From an uncultured Myxococcales bacterium (GTDB taxonomy: Bacteria; Myxococcota_A; Polyangia; Fen-1088), in contig CAZBFJ010000001.1 in assembly GCA_964491125.1 (NCBI GenBank), positions 168-64,167 on the forward strand: 64,000 nucleotides of DNA, read 5' to 3'. Below the pieces are notes generated by a model. That model was not told the origin of the DNA. It saw nothing but the letters and a program-made list of their open reading frames with translations, and ran no database searches. Below, piece after piece: positions 19,901 to 27,976 of this stretch (the stretch's first letter is position 1; the number at the start of each line of letters is the position of its first letter). The translations under genes were made by a program, and so were the position numbers.

Positions 19901-20112
19901 AAGCCAATCCCGATGAGCACGCTCGAGACCGCGGCGCTGAGCAGCGGCATCCGGGGCCGCGATTGCTCGAGCATCAACCCCAGCGGGACGAGGTAGAAGA
20001 TCCAGGCGGCGATGCCGATCGGGGTCAGCGCGTCGGCCGCGAAGACCGCCGCGGTGCTGATCCCGGCGGCAAGCAGGAGGGCCGGCCGCTTCTTCCCCAT
20101 CAACCGTTCCAT
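16996..20112 (-). CDS. Membrane hybrid histidine kinase (polytopic N-terminus - GAF - Q/E-rich coiled coil - HisKA - HATPase_c - 3x REC)
   Basis: 1038 aa. N-terminal TM helices. GAF-like segment. An roughly 90-aa Gln/Glu-rich coiled coil. H-box FLANMSHELRTPLNS. ATPase G-boxes. Three receivers (ILVIEDDPAF..., RILVAEGAEAR..., NILVVEDDARN...DLVLMDVMMPVMDG). Confidence 0.88.
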   Translation of the reverse strand: MERLMGKKRPALLLAAGISTAAVFAADALTPIGIAAWIFYLVPLGLMLEQSRPRMPLLSAAVSSVLIGIGFVLSPVSEARIVVISEVNRVFGMVTLWTVAVMVRRFILTSLLLREQEWIRSGHNELANRMQGEQGVERLADNVLRFLCGYLESPIGVLYVAGPGGELRRRASYAVPASAAVPEVLRAGDTLVGQALKERRILRLENLPADYLPVSSTLGRTRAAHLLVLPAQIDGEVKAVVEIGFLRPIGAPDVDLLEATAARIAIAFRSAEYRARQAALLVESQQQAEELQVQQEELRAINEEMEEQSQTLAESQSRLEAQQAELEQTNAQLEEQAHVLEQQRDDLSRAQLEQLEKAEALARANRYKSEFLANMSHELRTPLNSALILAKLLADNPDGNLTSEQVKYASAIHASGTDLLALLSDILDLSRIEAGHVDIRPEAVTLTTIVGGLKKTFEPMARQKRLALAIETAPDVPPSIKSDPLRLLQILRNLLANAVKFTETGEVALRIATAPDSRVAFSVRDTGLGIPADQHELIFEAFRQVDGSTDRKYGGSGLGLTISRELAYRLGGTLAVVSEVGKGSTFTLTLPSDIDKVFACTPPPGQRPGATLANPVATSMGRDDSSRQSGPRVEDDRGKVAPGERVILVIEDDPAFAGILRDLVRERRFRCLVAATGREGMELAERCPPSAVLLDVHLPDQSGLGLLERLKASPATRHIPVHVLSVDDYAQQALELGAIGYVLKPAERDQLVGAIERLERKLVEPMRRILVAEGAEARRASVRALLEHDGVEIVVVGRGGDALAQLRSTAFDCVVLDLSLPDMSVYDVLDRMAADEACSYPPVVVDISGPLTREEEQRLRRHASSVVIKGARTPERLLDEVSLFLHQIETSLPAEQQRMLRVARQRDAGFEGRNILVVEDDARNIFALSSVLEPRGAKLRVARNGQEAVDALARAEQDPSQGIDLVLMDVMMPVMDGLTATREIRRRRGWANLPIIGLTAKAMADDQRACIDAGMSDYVPKPLDVDRLVSLMKVWLPK
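19018..19290 (-). repeat. Q/E-rich heptad coiled-coil segment inside the hybrid HK; resembles MCP methylation helices
   Basis: Residues about 275-365: LLVESQQQAEELQVQQEELRAINEEMEEQSQTLAESQSRLEAQQAELEQTNAQLEEQAHVLEQQRDDL. It is low-complexity Q/E with EE/EQ/QE pairs in heptad register. Coordinates are approximate. Confidence 0.4.
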
Positions 20113-20162
20113 GGTCTGCTTCGGACCTCCTTTGCTCGCGCCGACGGGCCGTTGCGGAGGCT

Positions 20163-21125
20163 TCAGGAGCGCCGCAGGCTCCCTCTCCTAGCACGCCGCT
20201 CCATCCTTGTCAGCCTCGCCGGCCGCGTCCTCCGGCCGGCCCCCCCGGGGCGCGGCCGGGCCGGCGCCGGGCGGGACCGCGGGAAGACCAGGGCGAACGC
20301 CCCTTCCCCGAGCCGCACCAGCGTGACGGCGCCAGGACGGCGCGCGCGCCGGTAGATCGGGTACCAGGGCTCAGCCCGTGCCCTCGGGCTCCTCTCGAGC
20401 AACTCGGGGACGTAGAGATCGAGCGCGACGTAGCGCTCGCCGGCCGACGACGCCAGGGCCGGGCCGAAGCTGTAGGGCGCGAGCTCGCCCTTCGGGTACC
20501 GATCATTGTGCAGGGCGCCCCCGTAGCTCACCACCAGCCGGCTGTTCGGCCGGGCCAGGGCCGCGCGGAGCTGGAACAGAAGCTGGTCACGCGTCAGGCG
20601 CAGCAGGCGATCGAAGTCGACTCCCTGCCCAGTCATCATCGCCTTGTAGTCCCGGCACCCGATCTCGAGGATACCGGGCTCGATGCCGGCGGCCTTCGCC
20701 TGGCGGAGCAGGGTCACCACCTCGCTCTCGGTCCGCCGCGGGCGCTCGGTGGTCGTCTCGACCTGCGCGACGGCGGCCTTCTCGGCCGCACCGCACGCAC
20801 CGGTGGCTCGCCAGGTTTCGACGACGAGGTGGGTGGCGCCGGCCGCGCGCAACGGCGGCAAGAGCTCGGCGGTGAAGCGGGCGAGCGCCGAGCGAACCCG
20901 CGCGGTGGCCCGGGTCTGGTGCAGCTCGCCGACGGCCAGGACGCGCGGACGGCTGGCCAGCACCACCTCGAGGGCGGCGGCCGCGCTCGGGTACACGGCC
21001 GCGCTCGGCGGGCCGGCCGCGGCGGGTTCCGCGGCGCGCGCGACCGCGCCGCCGCCATCGGGCACAGGCGCGAGGCCGGCGGCGAGGAGCGCGAGCATCG
21101 AGCCAAGGACAGCCGGCGCGAGCAT
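20163..21125 (-). CDS. Secreted hypothetical protein, possibly ChaN/Tiki-like
   Basis: Signal peptide MLAPAVLGSMLALLAAGLAP. A VLAVGELHQTRA segment resembles the GExH motif of ChaN/Tiki/TraB proteins. The C-terminal 40 aa are Arg-rich low complexity, so the true stop may lie earlier or there may be a frameshift. Confidence 0.5.
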   Translation of the reverse strand: MLAPAVLGSMLALLAAGLAPVPDGGGAVARAAEPAAAGPPSAAVYPSAAAALEVVLASRPRVLAVGELHQTRATARVRSALARFTAELLPPLRAAGATHLVVETWRATGACGAAEKAAVAQVETTTERPRRTESEVVTLLRQAKAAGIEPGILEIGCRDYKAMMTGQGVDFDRLLRLTRDQLLFQLRAALARPNSRLVVSYGGALHNDRYPKGELAPYSFGPALASSAGERYVALDLYVPELLERSPRARAEPWYPIYRRARRPGAVTLVRLGEGAFALVFPRSRPAPARPRPGGAGRRTRPARLTRMERRARRGSLRRS

Positions 21126-21218
21126 CGGTCGATTCTACATAGCCTCGCCGCCGCCGGCCCGTGAAACCACGCGAACACCCTCCCCCCCCGAGCGGCTCCG
21201 GAGTACCATCGCGGCACC

Positions 21219-22310
21219 ATGGGAACCATCAAGCGCATCGGACTGCTTACCGGGGGCGGCGACTGCCCGGGGCTCAACGCCGTGATTCGCGCCGTCACCA
21301 AGGCGGCGATGAACGAGCACAAGCTCGAGGTGTACGGCGTTCAGGACGGCTTCCTGGGCCTCATCCAGAACCGCATGCACCCGCTGCAGTGGAACGAGGT
21401 CTCGAACATCCTCACCCAGGGGGGAACCATCCTCGGCACCAGCAACCAGGCCAACCCCCAACGCTTCGCCATCGAGCGCGGCGGGAAGACCGAGTGGGTC
21501 GACGTCACCGATCGCGTAATCGATCACGTGCGCGTCAACGAGCTCGACGCCCTGGTGTGCATCGGCGGCGACGGAACCATGACGGGGGCCTCGAACCTCC
21601 TCGAGCACGGCATCAACTGCATCGGCGTTCCCAAGACCATCGACAACGATCTCGAGGGCTGCGAGCGAACCTTCGGCTTCGACACCGCCGTCCACACCGC
21701 CACCGAGTGCTTCGACAAGATCCACACGACGGCCATGAGCCACCATCGCGTGATGGTGGTGGAGGTCATGGGGCGCAACGCCGGGTGGCTGGCACTGCAC
21801 ACGGGCATCGCCTCGGGCGCCGACATCATCCTGATCCCGGAGCTCCCCTATCGCCTCGAAGCCATCGCCGAGGTGCTGCGCTACCGCAGTCGGATCGGCA
21901 AGCGCTTCTCCATCGTGTGCGTCTCCGAGGGCGCCCGGCCCAAGGATGGCGAAGTGGTGGTCCAGCGACGCGTCGAGACCAGCCCGGACCCCATCCGTCT
22001 GGGTGGCATCGCCAACAAGCTGGTCGCCGACATCGAGGAGCTCACGAAGCTCGACTGCCGCGCCACCATCTTGGGCCACATCCAGCGCGGCGGCTCGCCC
22101 ACGCCGGCCGACCGCGTGCTGGCCACCCAGTTCGGCCATCACGCCCTCGAGCTCCTTCTCAGTGGGGCGCGTGGCCAGCTCGTGGTCCAGCAGCACGGCC
22201 GTCTTTCCGAGGTGCCCATCCAGAGCGTCGCCGGCAAGCAGCGCAAGGTCCAGCCGAACGATCCCCTCATCCGTACGGCCCTCGCGGTCGGGACCAGCTT
22301 CGGCGTGTAA
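21219..22310 (+). CDS. pfkA: ATP-dependent 6-phosphofructokinase
   Basis: 363 aa (MGTIKRIGLLTGGGDCPGLNAVIRAV...). Has the GGDG and PKTIDND motifs. Confidence 0.92.
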   Translation: MGTIKRIGLLTGGGDCPGLNAVIRAVTKAAMNEHKLEVYGVQDGFLGLIQNRMHPLQWNEVSNILTQGGTILGTSNQANPQRFAIERGGKTEWVDVTDRVIDHVRVNELDALVCIGGDGTMTGASNLLEHGINCIGVPKTIDNDLEGCERTFGFDTAVHTATECFDKIHTTAMSHHRVMVVEVMGRNAGWLALHTGIASGADIILIPELPYRLEAIAEVLRYRSRIGKRFSIVCVSEGARPKDGEVVVQRRVETSPDPIRLGGIANKLVADIEELTKLDCRATILGHIQRGGSPTPADRVLATQFGHHALELLLSGARGQLVVQQHGRLSEVPIQSVAGKQRKVQPNDPLIRTALAVGTSFGV

Positions 22311-22329
22311 CGTCGGCGTTCCGCCGGCG

Positions 22330-25300
22330 CTACGGCGGCAGGTAGATGATGGTCTTGCAGCCGGCGGTGCACGCGCCGTTGCGGCCATTGTCCGGACCGT
22401 CGTCGCACTCCTCCGGCCCGTTCAGGATGGCGTCTCCGCAGTGAGGCGCCAGCTTGCACTGCGGCGTGCAGCCGCCGTACTCGCCGTTGTTCGTCCCGTC
22501 GTCGCACGCCTCGGGACCGTTCGGAATCCCGTCGCCGCAGTGGGGCGCGTAGATACACGCCGGAGCGCAACCGCCGTACTCACCGTTGTTCAGCAGCTCC
22601 CCGTCGTCGCACTGCTCGGGCGGCTGGATCTTGCCGTCCCCGCAGCCGCCCGGGAAGCGACAGGCCTCCGTGCACGCGGGGTCGTTCGACATGGTCGGCT
22701 CGCACTCCTCGCCGTAGTCCTCCTGCAACTGCCCGTCCCCGCACCTCGGCGCGGGCGAGCAGTCCGGATTGCAGGTGCCGTACGTCCCGTCGTTGGCACC
22801 ATCGTCGCACTGCTCGGTGCCGTTCGTCTGTCCGTCGCCGCAGTAGCCGCCGCGCCGGCAGTTCGCCATGCAGCCGCCATAGCCCTCCGTCGGATCGGTC
22901 GTCGCCAGGTTGCCGTCGGCCTCGTCGCACTCCTCGTCGTAACTCGACTGCACCACGCCGTCGCCGCACCGACCAGGGACCTTGCAGTCCGGCCCGCAGC
23001 CGCCGTCGGAGAGGCCGTACTCGTCGTCGTTCTGGCCGTTGTCGCAGTCCTCGACCCCCTCCTCGACCTTGGCGTCGCCGCAGTACGGACCGAGCCGGCA
23101 CTCCACCGTGCACTCGTTGTAGCCCCCCCGGTTCTCGTCGCCGTTGTCGCACTGCTCGCCGGGCGCCACCACGCCGTCGCCGCAGATGGGCCCGCAGGCG
23201 CTCGGCTCGTCGTTGAAGCCGCTCAGCGTGAGCTTGTAGGTCGACGCCGTCGTCTGCCGCTCGGCCTGGAACACGACGATCTCGTAGACCCCGTGGTTCT
23301 GCATGCCGAGGTTCACCGTCTTCGTCACCCCCGTGCACGTCGTCACCTCGCCAACCCGCGTGCACCCCTCCCCCTCGGTCGGCGTCACCGTCACCGTGGC
23401 CCCGCCGCTGTCGTTGAGCACCAGCTTTCCATTCACCGGCGTGTGAATACCGCCCATGTCCACCGCCAGCTTGCGGTTCACGAACACCCAGACGTCGTCG
23501 TCACCCGTGAACTCCAGGGTATAGCTGTTCTCGGCGATGTAGCTGAACCAGTAGCGCACCTCGCTCGTGAAGCTGAAGTTGTGCAGGGGTTTGCCCGGCT
23601 CGTCTGCCCAGTCACCCCCGTACGACGGCGGGATCTTGGCCGGGCTCATGTCGGTGGCCGACGAGAAGTCGGAGTCGTCGAGGGGGAAGAAGAGCGGGCT
23701 GCCCTCCATCCGGGTGATGTTCGCGACGCACGCGTTGGTGTTGCTCGTGCCCCACGGGGTGCACTGGGCGAAGCACTCCATGCTGCCGTCGTCGACGTAC
23801 GCGGGGGGGTTGCAGTTGGCGCAGGTTCCGGTCTCGCACCAGCGCACGTTGGTGTACCCGAGGTACTGCTCGTCGTCCTTCCACCAGTTGACGAACCCGC
23901 CCTGCCCGTTGTTGTGGAGCAGGATGGTCGAGACGACCGTGCTGTTGGTCCCCGGCACGTCCCGGTACCACTGCCTGAACGAGTCAGCGCTGGTGATCTT
24001 CGCCGCGGTCCCCGAGGTGCCCGAGTACACCGGCTTGCCCTCGCCGTCGAGGGTGTCCTTGACCAGCCCGGTGGTCGCCCTGAAGCTGCCGGTGATGCTC
24101 TCCTCGAAGTCCGGGTGCCCGAACTTGAAGTCGCGGTAGGTGACCGGCACGGCCATCGTGTCGGCGCCGTTGTCCGGCTGGTGGCACTCCCAGCCCTCCT
24201 CGGTCTTGCACTCGCTCGAGCACCCGTCGCTGTCGTTGGTGTTGCCGTCGTCGCAGTCCTCGTTGACCACCAGGCCGTCGCCGCACTTCGAGGTGCACGT
24301 CCCCGCCGCCGAGTCGCACTTGGGCTCGAAGTGGCAGGTCGGCGAGCAGCCGTCGTTCGGGACGGTGTTGCCGTCATCGCACCCTTCCGAACCCTCGAGC
24401 TTGCCGTCGCCGCACTTCGTCTCGTGGCAATTGGGAGGAGTGCCATTGCAGGCCCAGCCGGGGTTGTACCGGCACGTGCTCGAGCAGGCCTTGTCCATGT
24501 TGGTGCCCGGCCCGGCGGGGTCGCACTGCTCGTAGGGCGAGAGCACCGTACCGTCGCCGCAATCGGGCACGCACGGCGCATTGAAGAACGGACAGGCGTA
24601 CCCTGGCTCGACCTTGCACAGGCCCGTGCAGCCATCGCCCGGCGAGTCGTTGCCGTCGTCGCACTCCTCGTCTCCTTCGATCGAGCCGTTGCCGCACTTG
24701 ACGGTAGGGCACTTGCAGAGCGCACCGGGTGAGCAGATACACCCGTCGTCCTTGCCCTTGCAGTCCGCCGAGCAGCCGTCGCCGTCCTGCTGATTGCCGT
24801 CGTCGCACACCTCGCTGAGGGTGCCTTGCACCACGCCGTCCCCGCAGCGCGGAGCCGGCTTGCACGGGCTGCCCGGCACCGGACAAACGAAACCGCCCTC
24901 CACCTGACAGGAGCCGCTGCACCCGTCGTTCGCGTCGGTGTTTCCGTCGTCGCAATTCTCGCCGGCCTCGATGCGTTTGTTACCGCATTGGGAGACCCGT
25001 TCGCAGAGCTGCCCCGCCACGCACTTGAACGCGGGATCCTGCACGGCGCAGTCGGCGCTGCAGCCGTCGCCGTCCTTGGCGTTGTTGTCGTCGCAGACTT
25101 CCCCCGCGCCGATCTCGCCGTCGCCGCATACGATGTTGCGGGTGCACTTGCCCTCCTTGGGGCAGGTCCAGTTCTTCTCGATCTTGCAGACGCCGTTGCA
25201 GCCGTCGCCCGGCAGCACGTTGTTGTCGTCGCATTCCTCGACGCCGCCCTGGTTGTTCATGCCGTCCCCGCACGCTTCGGGGTACTGGGCCTTGCACCCG

Positions 25301-25590
25301 GCGGTGCTGGTCGAGTTGCACACCGCCGACGAGCCGGTGGTTCCCCCCGTGGCGTTCGGCCGACTGGTCACGTCGATGGTGATGCCACCCACGCCGATGC
25401 CGCCCGTGGGATTGCTGCCGCTCGGGTCCTTGACGCCGCCCGAGCCCTTCGAGCCGCCCGGATCCTGGATGGAGGCATTGGTGCACGACACGCCCGCGGC
25501 GCACGCAAGCGCGGCCGCCAAACCGACCGCCGCCAACCCGTGCGTAACCTGGCTACCTTGCACCGGTTTTCTTGCGTCGGCTGTTGTCAT
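22330..25590 (-). CDS. Large secreted lipoprotein: Myxococcus-type cysteine-rich repeats flanking a fibro-slime/PA14-like domain
   Basis: About 1086 aa from the ATG at 25590 (MTTADARKPVQGSQVTHGLAAVGLAAALAC-AAG; lipobox-like ALAC). There are about 25 copies of CGDGxxxxxEECDDGNxxxGDGCSxxC. The central roughly 320 aa (VTYRDFKFGHPDFE...GDDDVWVFVNRKLAVDMGGIHTP...) match the fibro-slime domain pattern. The track ORF starts 19 codons further upstream, at 25647. Confidence 0.85.
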   Translation of the reverse strand: MTTADARKPVQGSQVTHGLAAVGLAAALACAAGVSCTNASIQDPGGSKGSGGVKDPSGSNPTGGIGVGGITIDVTSRPNATGGTTGSSAVCNSTSTAGCKAQYPEACGDGMNNQGGVEECDDNNVLPGDGCNGVCKIEKNWTCPKEGKCTRNIVCGDGEIGAGEVCDDNNAKDGDGCSADCAVQDPAFKCVAGQLCERVSQCGNKRIEAGENCDDGNTDANDGCSGSCQVEGGFVCPVPGSPCKPAPRCGDGVVQGTLSEVCDDGNQQDGDGCSADCKGKDDGCICSPGALCKCPTVKCGNGSIEGDEECDDGNDSPGDGCTGLCKVEPGYACPFFNAPCVPDCGDGTVLSPYEQCDPAGPGTNMDKACSSTCRYNPGWACNGTPPNCHETKCGDGKLEGSEGCDDGNTVPNDGCSPTCHFEPKCDSAAGTCTSKCGDGLVVNEDCDDGNTNDSDGCSSECKTEEGWECHQPDNGADTMAVPVTYRDFKFGHPDFEESITGSFRATTGLVKDTLDGEGKPVYSGTSGTAAKITSADSFRQWYRDVPGTNSTVVSTILLHNNGQGGFVNWWKDDEQYLGYTNVRWCETGTCANCNPPAYVDDGSMECFAQCTPWGTSNTNACVANITRMEGSPLFFPLDDSDFSSATDMSPAKIPPSYGGDWADEPGKPLHNFSFTSEVRYWFSYIAENSYTLEFTGDDDVWVFVNRKLAVDMGGIHTPVNGKLVLNDSGGATVTVTPTEGEGCTRVGEVTTCTGVTKTVNLGMQNHGVYEIVVFQAERQTTASTYKLTLSGFNDEPSACGPICGDGVVAPGEQCDNGDENRGGYNECTVECRLGPYCGDAKVEEGVEDCDNGQNDDEYGLSDGGCGPDCKVPGRCGDGVVQSSYDEECDEADGNLATTDPTEGYGGCMANCRRGGYCGDGQTNGTEQCDDGANDGTYGTCNPDCSPAPRCGDGQLQEDYGEECEPTMSNDPACTEACRFPGGCGDGKIQPPEQCDDGELLNNGEYGGCAPACIYAPHCGDGIPNGPEACDDGTNNGEYGGCTPQCKLAPHCGDAILNGPEECDDGPDNGRNGACTAGCKTIIYLPP
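22348..23196 (-). repeat. C-terminal block of cysteine-rich tandem repeats (coding)
   Basis: ORF residues about 818-1100. CGDG.{5,12}CD[DEN]G repeats, about 11 copies. Coordinates are approximate. Confidence 0.6.
24178..25272 (-). repeat. N-terminal block of roughly 27-aa cysteine-rich (CGDG...CDDGN...DGC) tandem repeats (coding)
   Basis: ORF residues about 126-490. The same C/D/G periodicity recurs about 13 times. Coordinates are approximate. Confidence 0.6.
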
Positions 25591-25783
25591 TGCGACCTCG
25601 AGTGCCAGACGGGGGTTTCGTAGCGATCCGCACCGTTTGGGTCCCATTGTATCAGCTTTCGCCCAACTTCATTGAGGCGGCGCCACCTCGACCTCGCCCG
25701 AGCGTGGGCCAGGACACGCGGCGATGCGCGACGTGGGATCGCTGCCCACATCGCCCGCGATGGTCTACTTGTGCTACCTCGGG

Positions 25784-27343
25784 CTACTTGGCGAAGTCGA
25801 CCGCTCGCGTTTCGCGCACCACCGAGACCCGGACCTGACCAGGATAGGAGAGCTGGGCCTCCACCTTGCGCGCGATGTCTCGCGAGAGCAGCCGCGCCTG
25901 CTCGTCGCTGACCTGGGTGTTCTCGACGAGGACGCGCACCTCGCGGCCGGCCTGGATGGCGAAGGCCCGCTCGACCCCGGGGAAGTCACGCGCGACCTTT
26001 TCGAGGTCGTCGAGGCGCTGGACGTAGGATTCGAGGGATTCCCGGCGAGCGCCCGGGCGCTGGTTGGCCAGAACGTTCGCGGCGTCGACGATGTGGTCGA
26101 GGACGTCCTCGGCGGGAACCTCGCCGTGATGGGCTTCGATGGCGTGGCAAATGCGCGGGTTCTCCCCGAGCTTGCGAGCCATGACCGCGCCGGCGATGGC
26201 GTGCGACCCCTCGACCTCCTGATCGACGCCGCAGCCGATGTCGTGCAGCAGCCCGGCCCGGCGCGCGGCCTTCACGGAATAGCCGAGCTCTCCCGCGATG
26301 GTGCCGGCCAGGAAGCCGACCTCGATCGAGTGCTGCAAGAGGTTCTGGGCCGTTCCCGAGCGAAAGCGCAACTTGCCGAGGAGGCGTCCGAGCTCAGGGT
26401 GCAAGCGGCCGATCCCGAGGTCGAACGCGGCCTGGTCGCCCGCCTCCTTGCACTGCTGCTCGACCTCGTCGGTGGCCTTGCGCACCATCTCCTCGATGCG
26501 GGTGGGGTGAATGCGACCGTCGGCGATGAGCCGGGTCAGCGCCAGGCGCGCGATCTCGCGGCGCACGGGATTGAAGCACGAGATCACGACCGCCTCGGGG
26601 GTGTCGTCGATGATGAGATCGATGCCCGTCGCGGATTCGAGCGCCCGGATGTTACGACCCTCGCGGCCGATGATACGGCCCTTCATGTCGTCCGAGGGCA
26701 GGGGCACCACCGCCACGGTCCGCTCGGCGACGTACTCGCTCGCGTAGCGCTGCACGGCCGCCCCGAGGATGAGCTGCGCCTTCTGCTTGGCCTGCGCCTG
26801 CGCCTCCTCCTCGACGCGCTTGACCTCGGCCGCCGCCGCCGCCCGCGCGTCGTCCGCCACCTCGGCCGCGAGCAGCTTGCGCGCCTCCGCCTCCCCGAGC
26901 CCCGCCACCTTCTCGAGCCGGGCGCGCGCCTCGGCCGCCGCGCTCGCGGCGGTGCGCGCCACCGTCTCGGCCGCCTGCTCGCGCGCGAGAAGCTGCTTCT
27001 CTTTGCGGGAGAGGTTGTCGCGCTCGGTCTTCATGTCGCGCTCGCGGCGGTCGACGGTCTCCACCCGCGCGCGCACCTCGGCCATGCCGCGGTCCAGCTC
27101 CTGGCGACGGGCGCGCAGCTCCGCCTCCACCTCGCCGCGCACCTTCTGCGCCCCTTCCTTGGCCTCGACGGCCGCCCGGCTCTTGATGGCCTCGGCCTCG
27201 CTGGTCGCGGCGGCCAGGATCCGCTTGCGCTCTTCTTCGCTCTCGGGCACTGCGTCTGGCTTCGACATGCGCCCAAGCAGGAATGCGACGACCCCGGCGG
27301 TCAGGGCCGCCGCGATCGCGCCGATGATGGCGGTTGCAGTCAT
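25784..27343 (-). CDS. rny: Ribonuclease Y
   Basis: 519 aa. N-terminal TM helix (AIIGAIAAALTAGVVAFLLG), coiled coil, KH domain (GRIIGREGRNIRALE) and HD domain (LLHDIG...HH). Confidence 0.92.
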   Translation of the reverse strand: MTATAIIGAIAAALTAGVVAFLLGRMSKPDAVPESEEERKRILAAATSEAEAIKSRAAVEAKEGAQKVRGEVEAELRARRQELDRGMAEVRARVETVDRRERDMKTERDNLSRKEKQLLAREQAAETVARTAASAAAEARARLEKVAGLGEAEARKLLAAEVADDARAAAAAEVKRVEEEAQAQAKQKAQLILGAAVQRYASEYVAERTVAVVPLPSDDMKGRIIGREGRNIRALESATGIDLIIDDTPEAVVISCFNPVRREIARLALTRLIADGRIHPTRIEEMVRKATDEVEQQCKEAGDQAAFDLGIGRLHPELGRLLGKLRFRSGTAQNLLQHSIEVGFLAGTIAGELGYSVKAARRAGLLHDIGCGVDQEVEGSHAIAGAVMARKLGENPRICHAIEAHHGEVPAEDVLDHIVDAANVLANQRPGARRESLESYVQRLDDLEKVARDFPGVERAFAIQAGREVRVLVENTQVSDEQARLLSRDIARKVEAQLSYPGQVRVSVVRETRAVDFAK

Positions 27344-27352
27344 GCGTCTTCC

Positions 27353-27976
27353 TCAGTCGTTTTGTTCCTGGCAACGGACGATGCGCTCGTCGGTCACCAC
27401 GCAGTCCAAGGGAACGTCCCACTCGCCGGTCGGGCAGGCGTCCACCAACTGAAAGTCGAATCCGAAACCCACGAACCGGGCATGGGTGGCGTCGGGGTGG
27501 GCGCGCACATAGGCGGCCAGCTCGTCGTAGTACCCTCCGCCGTAGCCCACCCGGGTTCCCTTGCGGTCGAAGGCGAGCCCCGGAACCATGAACAGGTCGA
27601 TCTCGTGCGCCGCCACCTCGGGGGCTTCGGGGCGCGGCTCGAGCAACCCGAAGATGCCGAACACCAGCTCCGTGCGCTTGGCCCGGTGGAAGCGCAGGCG
27701 CGGCGGCAAGAGTCCCGTGCTGACACGAGGCAGCACCACCTTGGCCCCCCGTCGTCGCAACGCACTGAGCAACGGGTCCGTGTCAATCTCGGAGCGCGTG
27801 GACACGAAGCCGGCCACGGTCCGGGCCGCGCGTGCCTCGGGCAGCCCCAAGAACACCTGCGCAGCGCGCTTCGACAGCGCGACTCGGCGATCGACCGCCA
27901 CGCCGTCACGCCGCTCGGCCATGGCGCGGCGCAGGGCGCGCTTCTCTTCCCTCAGAGAGAGCTCGGCGGGCTGCAT
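27353..27976 (-). CDS. 5-formyltetrahydrofolate cyclo-ligase
   Basis: MTHFS-like (LFMVPGLAFDRKGTRVGYGGGYYD). I chose the ATG at 27976 (MQPAELSLREEKRALR); the track ORF begins 12 codons earlier. Confidence 0.8.
   Translation of the reverse strand: MQPAELSLREEKRALRRAMAERRDGVAVDRRVALSKRAAQVFLGLPEARAARTVAGFVSTRSEIDTDPLLSALRRRGAKVVLPRVSTGLLPPRLRFHRAKRTELVFGIFGLLEPRPEAPEVAAHEIDLFMVPGLAFDRKGTRVGYGGGYYDELAAYVRAHPDATHARFVGFGFDFQLVDACPTGEWDVPLDCVVTDERIVRCQEQND

Noticed and set aside
14047-20355. Long alternate-frame ORFs over the kinase operon (14047-16182 +, 16963-19071 +, 18245-20194 -, 19099-20355 +)
   Set aside because: They overlap well-supported HK/CheR genes in other frames or on the opposite strand and have no motifs.
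21946-24732. 928-aa plus-strand ORF and the nested minus-strand ORFs (22580-23365, 23646-24725, 24374-24955 and others)
   Set aside because: They are alternate frames of, or antisense to, the cysteine-rich lipoprotein gene. They are repetitive Ala/Arg/Val or Gly/Arg strings produced by the internal DNA repeats.
25591-25640. Sigma-54-like element CTGGCAC-N6-TCGCA on the minus strand just upstream of the lipoprotein gene
   Set aside because: GG-to-GC spacing is 11 rather than 10, the -12 box is TCGC rather than TTGC, and the motif ends 3 nt before the ATG. That leaves no room for a transcript 5' UTR or RBS. I treat it as a chance match.
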